A stretch of DNA of 64,000 nucleotides from Methanobacteriota archaeon (GCA_963769885.1 CAVYNH010000006.1:1-64000); one strand, 5' to 3'. Shown: positions 19,536 through 29,526, counted from the stretch's first letter. Numbers and translations: made by a program. Notes: generated from the sequence alone by a model not told the origin.

Positions 19536-20507
19536 TTATATTTTCTCGGGGAGAATATTCGATTTGAATACCTCGGTGACATAGAGGTAGTCATAATTTG
19601 CGATGTCGTCAGGGAATTTTTTTCGTAGGTCTTCCATCACACAGTAGAAGTGTTCAAAATTCGTCGCATATAATGCGATTTCCAGGTCATACCCACCGAT
19701 TGCCTTATGAATCTCCCAGAGGAATGGGTTATCGCTTAGATAGGTGATGATTTGGTTTTTCTTGTTGTAGTCACGGAGGGATAGGTTGACAATGAATTCC
19801 CGTAAGCCAAGTTTATTGATATCCATTGTAATTGAATACCTTTGGATGACCCCTGATTTAATGAGTTTGTTTGTCCGAGAATGAACGGTCACTGTCGACG
19901 CATTCACTTGGGCGGCGATTTCAACGCTGTTGATCCGTGTGTTTTTTGCAAGCAGATTTAATATTTTATGGTCTATTGCGTCGACGTCAACAGTAAACCC
20001 ATTGTCTCGATATTCATAGGCATGTTCATGCGACGCTTCTAGTTCGTTGATAAGGAGGGAGTGTTTATATCCGAATGATTCGTAGAGCTGAGAAAAAAAT
20101 ATTTCTTTGAAATAATACCGATAGTGCCGTAGGGTTTCTTCATAGAACGCATAAAAATGGTTCGGGGATTTCACAAGGATAGTAATGATGAGATCGTACC
20201 GCCCCTTTGTGGATGCGATTTTCCAGGTGTTATCATGGTTGACAAAATGGGCGACAATCTCCTTTTCCTTATCGGGTGACGCGTACTGGAGAACAATATA
20301 AAGACGGTAAACAGAAAACCCAAGTTTAAAGACATCAATCATGGCATTGAAACCCTTAATGATTCCTTTGGCCTGCAGCCGTTTGATTCGGTATTCGACG
20401 ACATTTTTTTGGAGACCGACTTCTTTTGCTATGGATGAAAAAGACTGCCTGGAGTTCAAAAACAAATGATAGAGAATTTTATGGTCCTTGGAATCGAGTT
20501 CTCGCAC
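19536..20507 (-). CDS. Tandem-domain Lrp/AsnC regulator (cassette 6)
   Basis: Two HTH-AsnC units (LDSKDHKIL..., VDAIDHKIL...). Confidence 0.88.
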   Translation of the reverse strand: MRELDSKDHKILYHLFLNSRQSFSSIAKEVGLQKNVVEYRIKRLQAKGIIKGFNAMIDVFKLGFSVYRLYIVLQYASPDKEKEIVAHFVNHDNTWKIASTKGRYDLIITILVKSPNHFYAFYEETLRHYRYYFKEIFFSQLYESFGYKHSLLINELEASHEHAYEYRDNGFTVDVDAIDHKILNLLAKNTRINSVEIAAQVNASTVTVHSRTNKLIKSGVIQRYSITMDINKLGLREFIVNLSLRDYNKKNQIITYLSDNPFLWEIHKAIGGYDLEIALYATNFEHFYCVMEDLRKKFPDDIANYDYLYVTEVFKSNILPEKI

Positions 20508-20759
20508 AAAAAATCATCGTTTATTGAGCTATTAAATTTTTCCAATTTTTTTTCCTATTACTACTATCATTCCGGATGGTAGGTGGAGCGAAGCCGGAAA
20601 TGATGATTTTATGAAAATTGGACAAATCCACAATCACCTCGTAATTTATTTTCTTTTTGAGCAAATTTCTTGGATATAGTCTTTAGTAATGCATCATCGC
20701 TGTTTTTTCATGAGGCAAACCAATGGAAAATGCTGTTCCATACATAGGAAGGTAAGAAT

Positions 20760-22133
20760 ATGAAAAAGATCATAGCATTTTTGGCGATAGGGATTTTGAC
20801 CCTAGGCGGAATTGGGGCGAGTGCGTTTTCTACCAATAACATCAAGACACGAATGACAAGTGCTGACGATTATGACATGGTGATCATCGCGCCGGAAAAA
20901 TTTGTCTCGTCTCTCCAACCTCTTGTTAATCATAAAAACAGCCATGATGTCCATACATCCATAAAAACAACCGAGGCAATTTATACAGAATACGAAGGTC
21001 GGGATAAGGCTGAGCAAATAAAGTATTTCATTAAAGATGCTATTGAACGATGGAATATTCAATATGTCTTACTTGTTGGTGGGATGAAACCTCTCAGTTT
21101 TCATTGGCTTGTCCCTGTCAGATACTCAAATCTGGATGATGGATCCGCCCATAAAGTATTCCTTACTGATTTGTACTTTGCTGATATCTATAAGGGTAAC
21201 ACCTCAGAGTTTGACGATTGGGATAGCAATGGCAACGGGGTGTTTGCCGAGTGGGGGGTTAACGGTGATAAGCTGGATTTGAAGCCCGATGTTGCTGTCG
21301 GTCGGCTTCCCTGTAGAACGACTGGTGAAGTAAAAACAGTGGTTGAAAAAATTATCACCTATGAGAATACGACATATGGAAAAAGATGGTTTCGACAAAT
21401 GGTCGTTGTTGGAAGTGATACCTTCCCTGATCATCCTGGATATGAGGGTGAAGCCACCTGTGATATTGCCGCTAGTTATATGGAAAATTTCGCCATAAAA
21501 AGGTTATACGCGTCAACTGGGAATCTATCAGGTCCAGACGACATTATTGGTGCGGTGAATCTGGGATGTGGGTTTTTATTGACTCGTGGACAAGGCGGGA
21601 CCGATCGAGTGAGAATGGTGATGCCGAATGGATCAGAGTTCATCGCTTTTGATATCGACTCGATTTCAAAGTTAAAAAATAAAGATATGTACCCGATTTG
21701 TGTGTTAGCTGAATGTATTCATGGTCGATTCGACGTGGGAAGAATCAACATTCTGAAATTACTTCAGAAGAATCCTGAGTATAACATCTATGATTGCATC
21801 TACGAATGCATCGCATGGAGGTTAGTGAGAGAAAAGAACGCGGGAGCCATCGCCACAATAACAAATACAAACATCTGTTACGGCGCCTATGGTGATAATA
21901 ATCATAATGGTATTCCTGATGACGCAGAATTCTATGGAGGGTTCCTTGGGGTTGAACTATTCCGACTATACGCTCAAGAGGGACTAAATACGCTTGGTGC
22001 GCTTCATCAACAAGCGTTACTTAACTATATTAAATTGTACCCTGTGTACACAGATAAAATTCACTGTAAAAGCGTGCAGGAGTTTATCCTCTTCGGTGAT
22101 CCGAGTTTAAAAATCGGAGGATACGCAGAATAA
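20760..22133 (+). CDS. C25 (gingipain-like) peptidase homolog (cassette 6)
   Basis: Signal peptide, YVLLVGG, TDLYFADI, VGRLP, LFGDPSL. The position of the catalytic His reads GQG. Confidence 0.85.
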   Translation: MKKIIAFLAIGILTLGGIGASAFSTNNIKTRMTSADDYDMVIIAPEKFVSSLQPLVNHKNSHDVHTSIKTTEAIYTEYEGRDKAEQIKYFIKDAIERWNIQYVLLVGGMKPLSFHWLVPVRYSNLDDGSAHKVFLTDLYFADIYKGNTSEFDDWDSNGNGVFAEWGVNGDKLDLKPDVAVGRLPCRTTGEVKTVVEKIITYENTTYGKRWFRQMVVVGSDTFPDHPGYEGEATCDIAASYMENFAIKRLYASTGNLSGPDDIIGAVNLGCGFLLTRGQGGTDRVRMVMPNGSEFIAFDIDSISKLKNKDMYPICVLAECIHGRFDVGRINILKLLQKNPEYNIYDCIYECIAWRLVREKNAGAIATITNTNICYGAYGDNNHNGIPDDAEFYGGFLGVELFRLYAQEGLNTLGALHQQALLNYIKLYPVYTDKIHCKSVQEFILFGDPSLKIGGYAE

Positions 22134-22253
22134 ATTCGTATTCCTTTTCATCGAAAATATCATCGGGGGATGCTTACCGCTCGTGAGCGAACTTCGTAGC
22201 GGATTTCATACCAGACAGTAACTTCCTCCTGGGGGTTTGAACCCTTTACATGT

Positions 22254-22269
22254 AATCCCGACGGGAGCA
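22254..22269 (+). repeat. att-like repeat R6
   Basis: AATCCCGACGGGAGCA, 16/16. Confidence 0.95.
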
Positions 22270-22421
22270 TTGTTTCACTGTCTTCAGGAGAAAAAAAGGT
22301 CACTTTTCGCATCCCCTTTTGAGCATTTATGCCAGAGACTCAAATCCATTCCCTTGCATATTTTTATATACATGATTCATGTTACTTGCCATGTATTAGC
22401 ATAGCATAAAGAGGCGGATTA

Positions 22422-23318
22422 ATGAAAAGAAAATGTATGACGGTTGGAATCATTTTCTTGTTCGTGGGAATCAGCGCAATTCAAACGATTGCACAGGATA
22501 CTGAGAAAACGCTACCAACATTAAGAGGTAGTTGGTTGTACGTCGGTGGGAGTGGACCTGGAAACTATTCGAGAATACAGGATGCTATTAATAATGCGAG
22601 TGATGAAAATACGGTTTTTGTATATGATGACAGCTCACCATATTATGAAAATCTTATTATTAATAAATCAATTTCATTGATAGGCGAAAAAAAAGAGACA
22701 ACAATTATTGATGGAAGCGGCGGCAACATAATTATATTGATACAACAAACTGAAAATGTCCAAATACAAGGATTCACTATACGAAACAGCTCACGTTCAA
22801 AAATCGATTGGGATTATGCGAAGGGGATAGGAATTCAACTATTAGCGGCAAAATTTTGTAACATTTCTGATACAATAATTACTAATACAGATGTAGGAAT
22901 CTGTCTATTAAACTATATCTGGAATGAATTTACAGATAGTAATATGCTTTCAAAAAATATTATCATAAAAAATTCATTTGGTATAGCTCTTGATTGGGGA
23001 AGTGGTTACACTACCATAGAAAACAATGACCTTCGACTTAATTGGTACGGGTTAATAATTATCACTACAAATTCTAACACCATTATTAAAAATAATTTTA
23101 TGTGGAATTTCCGTTCGGTTTTACTGACCACTGACATTATGTGGCCGGATGGTAATCCACTCGATGAAATTGATCATAACATGTGGTCAATGAATTATTG
23201 GGGGCGATCTCAGTTTCTTCATCTCATACTTGGTCAAGCAAGAGTGGTCTATGATCATGCATCATGGAATGTTAGATATTTTGAGGTTGACTGGCATCCT
23301 GCACAAGAACCTTACTGA
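22422..23318 (+). CDS. Secreted NosD/CASH-like beta-helix protein (cassette 7)
   Basis: WLYVGGSGPGNYSRIQDAINNA, NYW, DWHPAQEPY. The stop codon lies inside the cassette right arm. Confidence 0.85.
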   Translation: MKRKCMTVGIIFLFVGISAIQTIAQDTEKTLPTLRGSWLYVGGSGPGNYSRIQDAINNASDENTVFVYDDSSPYYENLIINKSISLIGEKKETTIIDGSGGNIIILIQQTENVQIQGFTIRNSSRSKIDWDYAKGIGIQLLAAKFCNISDTIITNTDVGICLLNYIWNEFTDSNMLSKNIIIKNSFGIALDWGSGYTTIENNDLRLNWYGLIIITTNSNTIIKNNFMWNFRSVLLTTDIMWPDGNPLDEIDHNMWSMNYWGRSQFLHLILGQARVVYDHASWNVRYFEVDWHPAQEPY

Positions 23319-23331
23319 ACTATTGGCACGT

Positions 23332-23350
23332 ATTCCCGACGGGAACACCA
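23332..23350 (+). repeat. att-like repeat R7, followed by CCA
   Basis: ATTCCCGACGGGAACA-CCA. Confidence 0.85.
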
Positions 23351-23407
23351 TTGGGGCATTGAATCTCGAGTGATAGTCCCTGGTAGGGGAATTGAAAGGA
23401 AGGCTTT

Positions 23408-25039
23408 CTATTCCTTTTCAAGGAAGGGATACTTGTAGTCTGTCGGGGGCAGTAAATTTTCCTTGATGGTCCGCGGGCTGACCCAGGATAGTAAATTGAG
23501 GTACGAACCGGACTTATCGTTCGTCCCTGAGCATCGTGCGCCGCCAAAGGGTTGTTGCCCGACAACCGCACCCGTTGGTTTGTCATTAATGTAGAAGTTC
23601 CCCGCAGCATGCCTCAGAATCTTTGTTGCCAAGACAATTGCGTGGCGATCCTTGGCGAAAATCGACCCAGTCAACGCATAGGGTGATGTCTGGTCACATG
23701 TATGCAAGGTTTCTTCGAACTGGTCATCGTTGTACACATACACAGTCAGCACAGGGCCGAAGATTTCCTCTTCCATGGTGACGAAGTGTGGATTGGTCGT
23801 CTCAATGATGGTTGGTTCGACGAAGTAGCCTGTGGAGCCGTCGGTTTTTCCGCCGACGAGGATCTTCGCCTCGTTGGAATGACGGGCCTTCTCGATGTAC
23901 TCACAGATCGTATCAAACGCTGCCTTGTCGATGACGGCGTTGACGAAAGTGGTGAAATCCTCGACATCTCCTGTTTTGATCTCCTTAAGCACGGTCAGGA
24001 CACTGGTTTTCACGGAAGGCCAAAGGGAGGCAGGGATATAGGCCCGGGAGGCGGCGGAGCATTTCTGGCCTTGGTATTCAAACGCACCGCGGACCATGGC
24101 GGTAGCAACAGCTGCGGTATCAGCGGATGGGTGGACAAAGATGAAGTCTTTTCCGCCGGTCTCCCCGACGAGTTTCGGGTAGTTGTCATAGATGCTGAGG
24201 TTGTCGCTGATGGTCCTCCAAAACTTGCTGAAGACCGGTGTTGACCCGGTGAAATGGATGCCTGCTAGTCGCTTGTCTTTCAGGGCGACATTGCCGATGA
24301 GTTCACCGGAGCCGGGGAGGAAATTGATGACGCCGCGTGGGAATCCGGCTTCCAGGAAGATCTCCATGAGAAGGCTGTTCGATAGCAGCGAGGTCGATGC
24401 TGGTTTCCAGATCACGACGTTGCCTAGGATTGCTGGCGCAGTTGGGAGATTTCCTGCAATCGCTGTGAAGTTGAACGGAGTCACGACGAAGATGAATCCT
24501 TCCAGGGGCCGGTATTCAAGTCGGTTCAACGTCCCGGGAGAGGCATCAGGCTGGTCAGAGTAGACTTTCTGCATGTAGTAGGCGTTAAAACGCAGGAAAT
24601 CAATCATTTCGCAGGCGGCGTCAATCTCGGCCTGGTACGCGTTCTTGCTTTGGCCAAGCATGGTCGCTGCATTCAGCAAGAAGCGGTATTTTTTGGAGAT
24701 GAGTTCCGCTGCCTTCAAAGCGACGGATGCCCGTTCCGCCCAGGGGAGATCTTCCCAGGCGGGTTTGGCGGCCATGGCCGTTTCAATGGCATCGTGCACG
24801 AGCGCTGCGGTGACTTTATGATACGACGCTAAGACGCGGCGATGGTTATGCGGCATGACGACTTTCCCGACGTCACCGGTCGGGATTCTTCTTCCCCCGA
24901 TGATAGGTAGAATTTCTGTTTTCTTGCTTTGGAGAGTCTTGATTGCCTCAACGAGGGCTTTTCGTTCAGGGCTTCCGGGAGCATATTGGTAGGTTGGTTC
25001 ATTGGAGGGTTTAGGAATGTGAATAATGGTTTCGTCCAG
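23408..25039 (-). CDS. pruA: L-glutamate gamma-semialdehyde (P5C) dehydrogenase (cassette 8)
   Basis: NEP..YAPGSPER, ETGGKDF, EYQGQKCSA, EEIFGP, QQPFGG. The frame extends 61 codons past ATG 24856 to CTG 25039, preceded by GGTGAT. Confidence 0.92.
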   Translation of the reverse strand: MDETIIHIPKPSNEPTYQYAPGSPERKALVEAIKTLQSKKTEILPIIGGRRIPTGDVGKVVMPHNHRRVLASYHKVTAALVHDAIETAMAAKPAWEDLPWAERASVALKAAELISKKYRFLLNAATMLGQSKNAYQAEIDAACEMIDFLRFNAYYMQKVYSDQPDASPGTLNRLEYRPLEGFIFVVTPFNFTAIAGNLPTAPAILGNVVIWKPASTSLLSNSLLMEIFLEAGFPRGVINFLPGSGELIGNVALKDKRLAGIHFTGSTPVFSKFWRTISDNLSIYDNYPKLVGETGGKDFIFVHPSADTAAVATAMVRGAFEYQGQKCSAASRAYIPASLWPSVKTSVLTVLKEIKTGDVEDFTTFVNAVIDKAAFDTICEYIEKARHSNEAKILVGGKTDGSTGYFVEPTIIETTNPHFVTMEEEIFGPVLTVYVYNDDQFEETLHTCDQTSPYALTGSIFAKDRHAIVLATKILRHAAGNFYINDKPTGAVVGQQPFGGARCSGTNDKSGSYLNLLSWVSPRTIKENLLPPTDYKYPFLEKE

Positions 25040-25180
25040 CGTCGATCACCAGTGACAAAGCATGGACAATAACTATATAATTACTTGTTTGGGAACTGAA
25101 CCTTTGGCCCATATTTCCTTCAGGGGATTTTTGCAAAAATATTCTTCCACGCTCCTGGCGAAAGTGAACCCTCGGTAGGC

Positions 25181-25196
25181 AATCCCGACGGAAGCC
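25181..25196 (+). repeat. att-like repeat R8 (distal end of the array)
   Basis: AATCCCGACGGAAGCC, 14/16, preceded by a family-B right arm. Confidence 0.85.
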
Positions 25197-25309
25197 TTTC
25201 TCTCCGACCCCAAAACGGCATTAAACATGAAAGAATTCGCCTATATTTATGACTCAACAAAGTATTTAAATAATGAATGATGGTTAATTAGTTAAGGGAG
25301 GACAACAGA

Positions 25310-27716
25310 ATGGGTAGAAAAATCGTTGGGATTTTGACTTGTACGCTGTTACTCACCATCGCCCTTTTCCAACCGCGGCTCGCAGGAGAACTTATGAAGA
25401 CAGGAGCTGAAGACGATCATCAGTCCATCGTCGATGAGGGATCGCTGGCGATAACATTGTCCGCCAAGCCGTACACCATAACACATCTGGATTCGGGTTT
25501 TTCGGAGGTGTCGATGGTTGACTACGGCACACTCCTCGTGGCCGGAAAACCGATGCTTCCGATAAAAACGTTCTTTGTCGGCCTCCCACCAGGGTGCGAG
25601 GTCATGTCTGTTGGGCTGGTTGGGGAGGACGATGTCGAGGTGCCTGGATTGTACCATATCAGGCCGGCTCCACCCGCAGCTGGCAATGATGCCACACCAA
25701 TCGAGTGGAAAACAGACGAGGAGGTGTACTCATCGTCAGCGCCATACCCGCCAGTCATCTACGAATTCCTGGGGATGAGTCAGATGAGAAAGTACTCCCT
25801 CGCAATGATCCGTTTTTGCCCCGTCTCGTATTCCCCTGCACGTGAAAAACTCCTGTTACATAAAAGCATTACTCTCTCTGTTCATTATCAAAAGGTGAAC
25901 GTAGTATCTGATGACGTGTTAGCGGATACGGTGATGGATGATATGGCGTCAGCAATCATCGTGAACTACCCATCCATTGCCTCCTCCTACCGTCGCGTGA
26001 TAAGTCCTGTAGGCAGACAGACCGGGCCTGATTACGTCATCATCACCACGCAGCCTCTCGTGAATTCGTTCTTTGGGTTCATCAACTGGAAGACGAGCCT
26101 TGGCCATTACGCGGCATACTTCACCGTCCCCTGGATTGTGACGAATTATCCAGCGAGTGATACCCAGAAGAGCATCAGGAATTTCCTTGCAGCAAACTAC
26201 ATTTCCTGGGGGATAAAATACGTGTTACTCGGGGGGAGCATCGCCACGGTTCCGATGAGGACATGTTACCCGGACCCCACCAACCATAGCATCGATGTTC
26301 CCACTGATTACTACTACGCCGACCTGACCGGCAACTGGGACAGCGACGGTGATGGGTACTACGGCGAACAAGGACAGGATGCTGTTGATTTTACTCCCGA
26401 AGTCTGGGTGGGGAGAATACCCATCGATGTCCCATCGACGGTGACCAATATTTGCACCAAGATTATCAACTTTGAATCATCCCCGTTTTCAGGCTGGAAG
26501 AAGAATGCGATGCTACTCGGCGCCGTTTATAATTACGCGAATGAGGACCGTACCGGCTGGCCACGATGGGATGGGGCAGAGCTCATGGAGAGATGCAGGA
26601 CGGATCTCCTCACGGGTTTCTCGTGCGTCACCATGTACGAAAAGGAGGGACTCTCCCCCTGCAGCTATTCCTGTACGACGCTCTTGAAGTGGTCGCAGGT
26701 GATCCAATTCTGGGGTGGGAACTCAGGCTGGGGGATCGTGAACTGGGCTGCCCATGGGTCATCTACCTCCGCGAGTAGGAAGGTCTGGTCCACCGATGAT
26801 GGGGACGGCGTCCCAGAGAGTGCTGAAATGACGTGGCCTGTCTTCATCCAAAATACCGATAATACCCAGTTGAATGACCAGAAGCCCCCCATCGTCTTTA
26901 GCGCAAGCTGTTCCAATGAGTACCCTGAAGTCGCGGCTAACCTCGGGGCAAACCTTCTCGTGCAGGGAGCCTCCGCGTTCATCGGCGCCACGCGCACCGC
27001 CTATGGAACAATCGGCTGGACGCAGCCCTCCCAGGGTGGGGACGAGACGATGAGCTACGATTTTATCGACAGGATCGCGAACCATGGCCAAGACTGCGGT
27101 CCCGCGTTGTATCAGGCGAAGCAGTATGTCTACAACAACTACCCCTGGAACTCGTGGATGGACTATGCGAATATGTACGATTTCAATCTCTACGGGGATC
27201 CCTCCATGGTGATGAACTTCCCGCCCAGTACGCCTCGTCTGCCGTCTGGTCCAACGCAAGGGGTGAGCACAATCGACTATACCTACACCACGAATGCAAC
27301 GGATCATAATAGTGATCAGTTATACTACTGGTTTGAGTGGGGTGACGGAACCAGCAGTGGCTGGACGGGGCCGTACCAATTCGGGCGTGACCGCGAGTGC
27401 CACGCACAACTGGAGTGGAGAAGGAACGTATCAAATCAGGGTGAAAGCCAAAGACACATCAGGCCGCGAGGGGAACTGGTCGGATTCGCTGAGTGTCCAG
27501 GTTGTTGGCCTCAGGACAACCCTGCTCATCGGATTGATAGACTGGAAGAATCAGACTGGAAGGTTGATTACCTGCACGGCGGTGTTCCTCATCATGATCC
27601 CGTCAACGCCCATCCTTCATCATTCTGGTGAGATCATCGCGATATCAAAGGATCATGCTCTCGGTTTCATCGGAGAGAGAGTTGTCCTTGGAATCTTCCA
27701 TGCGACGGCGCTGTAA
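25310..27716 (+). CDS. C25 peptidase with propeptide and PKD-like tail; 1-nt frameshift at ~27377
   Basis: Propeptide GKPMLP, TDYYYADL, VGRIP, AHG...SC dyad, YGDPS, FEWGDG. The tail continues in ORF 27294-27716. Confidence 0.88.
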
Positions 27717-27989
27717 GGATCATCGTCATTGATTTCCCCGGCGGCCCTTCGGGCCGGTTAATCGAACGATTGCCCACCGCTTCATTCACTGAGAGGGCCC
27801 AAGACCGAAGCTCATCTACTCCCACGTGACACTGGGATTCTGGCTCATGATGATTCCCTTACGGATGATAATAGAACGCTATGCCTGAGGGATGGGGTAA
27901 GAGGCCGATGTCATGGTTGCAGGCTGCAAGGCACCGACATGGCCTATCATTCAGACTGCGATCGGCGATTACACCGCGGGCAGCGGCCG

Positions 27990-28118
27990 TTCCACGGCAT
28001 CATCGACGAGGTCCGACTATCGGATACCGCACGCAGCAGATCATGGATTCAGACGGAGTACCAAAACCAGGTCAGTATGGGCAGTTACCTGCGGCGTGGG
28101 TCCGAACTGTTCCTTTAG
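27990..28118 (+). pseudogene. Remnant of the C-terminus of a LamG-like/DUF2341-type protein
   Basis: FHGIIDEVRLSDTARSRSWIQTEYQNQ...* with no intact upstream frame. Confidence 0.6.
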
Positions 28119-28482
28119 AAAAAGAGAGAACGACGGGGTGATTCTCTCTATTTCTTCTTCTTTTTTTTGCAATATTATTTTCTAATAAAATCGGGAGTAT
28201 TCCAGGAACTTTATTATGATAATATATAATTTTTATGCAGTACATATTTAAAGATGCGAAGGCATGTCTTCGTACTCAAGCCGATAGTTAACATGACACA
28301 GAGTTGATATTAGGATGGTTTGAGGACGAATCGGCGGAGAGGGGGAAGACATTGTCAACAATGGATATATGGGTATGGAAGGATGGTTTTTTTCAGCTAT
28401 ACCTCCTCAAGACAGGAAGTCGACTCTTCCCTCTCATAAGCGCCGAGGGATAATCATTAAAGGAGATAACAGAGGAATAGAC

Positions 28483-29526
28483 ATGCGTAGAAAAATGGTA
28501 GGACTAAGTATTTGTATGCTGATGGTCGCCGCGGCCTTCGTGCCCGCGTTGGCGGCGCAGAGCACCGAAGAGCCATGCAAAGAATGCGCATCCAGTGGCA
28601 ACCCTATTGTGAAATGGGAGCAGCTTCCAGACATGACCCCGAACGGGGTCGACGTGGACATGACACGCGATGCAAATACCCACCGGATTCTCGCGGATGA
28701 CTTCAGATGCAACGTCACCGGTTATATCACCAAAATCCATTTCTGGGGATCGTGGTTCAACGACATGAAGGGCATCATCAAGCTCATCCATCTGAGCATC
28801 CATGAGGACATCCCCGCGAATCAGAGTTCGACCAATTACAGTATGCCGGGGAAAATGCTGTGGCAGGCGAACTTCACGAACTTCACCGAGCACTTATACA
28901 GCCAGGACATCCCAGAATGGTGGTACAACCCCTACACCACTGAGGTCATCCCCAACTCGGATCACATGATCTGGGAGTACGACGTCAATATCAGCGAGAC
29001 AAACGCCTTCAAGCAGTTGGGAACCGCCACCAAACCCGTGGTGTATTGGCTGGATGCGTACGTTGAGACCATGACCGGCCTGTTCGGCTGGAAGACGGCG
29101 GGTAAGCATTGGAACGACGACGCGGTGTACTACACCGATTACTGGAAGGAGCTTAAGTACCCGCCTCAGCACCCGCTCGTAGGTCAATCCATTGATCTCG
29201 CCTTCCGCATCACGACGACGCCGATCGTCTGCTGCTTCAAGGTGACGTTCCCCTTGATCAGCCTCATGAAGGTGAAGGTCAAAGTGACTGAGACCTGTAA
29301 CCGGACTCAAACGAACGTCCCATGGAACATGACCATCAGCTGGGGGACGATCAACAAATACTACACGGGGACCATTGCCACCCTCGCCGCGCTTGGGAGC
29401 ACCACGATTTCCTCGGGGACGATAATCCATTTCGGCTGGGTCACCGTCACCGTGAAAGTCGACGATTGTCCTCCGGTGGTAAAACGGGTGCTCATGCTCT
29501 TCGGGATTATCATCGCCCCGCCGTAA
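28483..29526 (+). CDS. Secreted protein with a conserved extracellular domain (DUF7901-like)
   Basis: Signal peptide; KWEQLPD...ILADDF...IHFWGSW...FGWKT...WNDDAV...DLAF. Confidence 0.7.
   Translation: MRRKMVGLSICMLMVAAAFVPALAAQSTEEPCKECASSGNPIVKWEQLPDMTPNGVDVDMTRDANTHRILADDFRCNVTGYITKIHFWGSWFNDMKGIIKLIHLSIHEDIPANQSSTNYSMPGKMLWQANFTNFTEHLYSQDIPEWWYNPYTTEVIPNSDHMIWEYDVNISETNAFKQLGTATKPVVYWLDAYVETMTGLFGWKTAGKHWNDDAVYYTDYWKELKYPPQHPLVGQSIDLAFRITTTPIVCCFKVTFPLISLMKVKVKVTETCNRTQTNVPWNMTISWGTINKYYTGTIATLAALGSTTISSGTIIHFGWVTVTVKVDDCPPVVKRVLMLFGIIIAPP

Larger units (their letters stand above)
3330..25196 (+). mobile_element. Genomic island: tandem array of 8 cassettes delimited by tRNA-Glu 3'-end repeats, with no integrase
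   Basis: Eight intergenic, co-oriented copies of the tRNA 3' end, shared cassette arms, and visibly higher AT content than the downstream chromosome. Confidence 0.85.

Noticed and set aside
3330-25196. The tRNA-end repeats as a CRISPR array
   Set aside because: The spacers are 1-7 kb and contain whole genes, the repeat equals a tRNA 3' end, and there are no cas genes.
3330-25196. Classical integron, prophage or ICE
   Set aside because: I recognised no IntI or other integrase, no GTTRRRY/RYYYAAC attC ends, and no capsid, replication or conjugation genes.
27720-28120. GC-rich intergenic stretch as a structured ncRNA
   Set aside because: Its 3' part translates as a LamG-like gene remnant, and I recognised no SRP or RNase P motifs.
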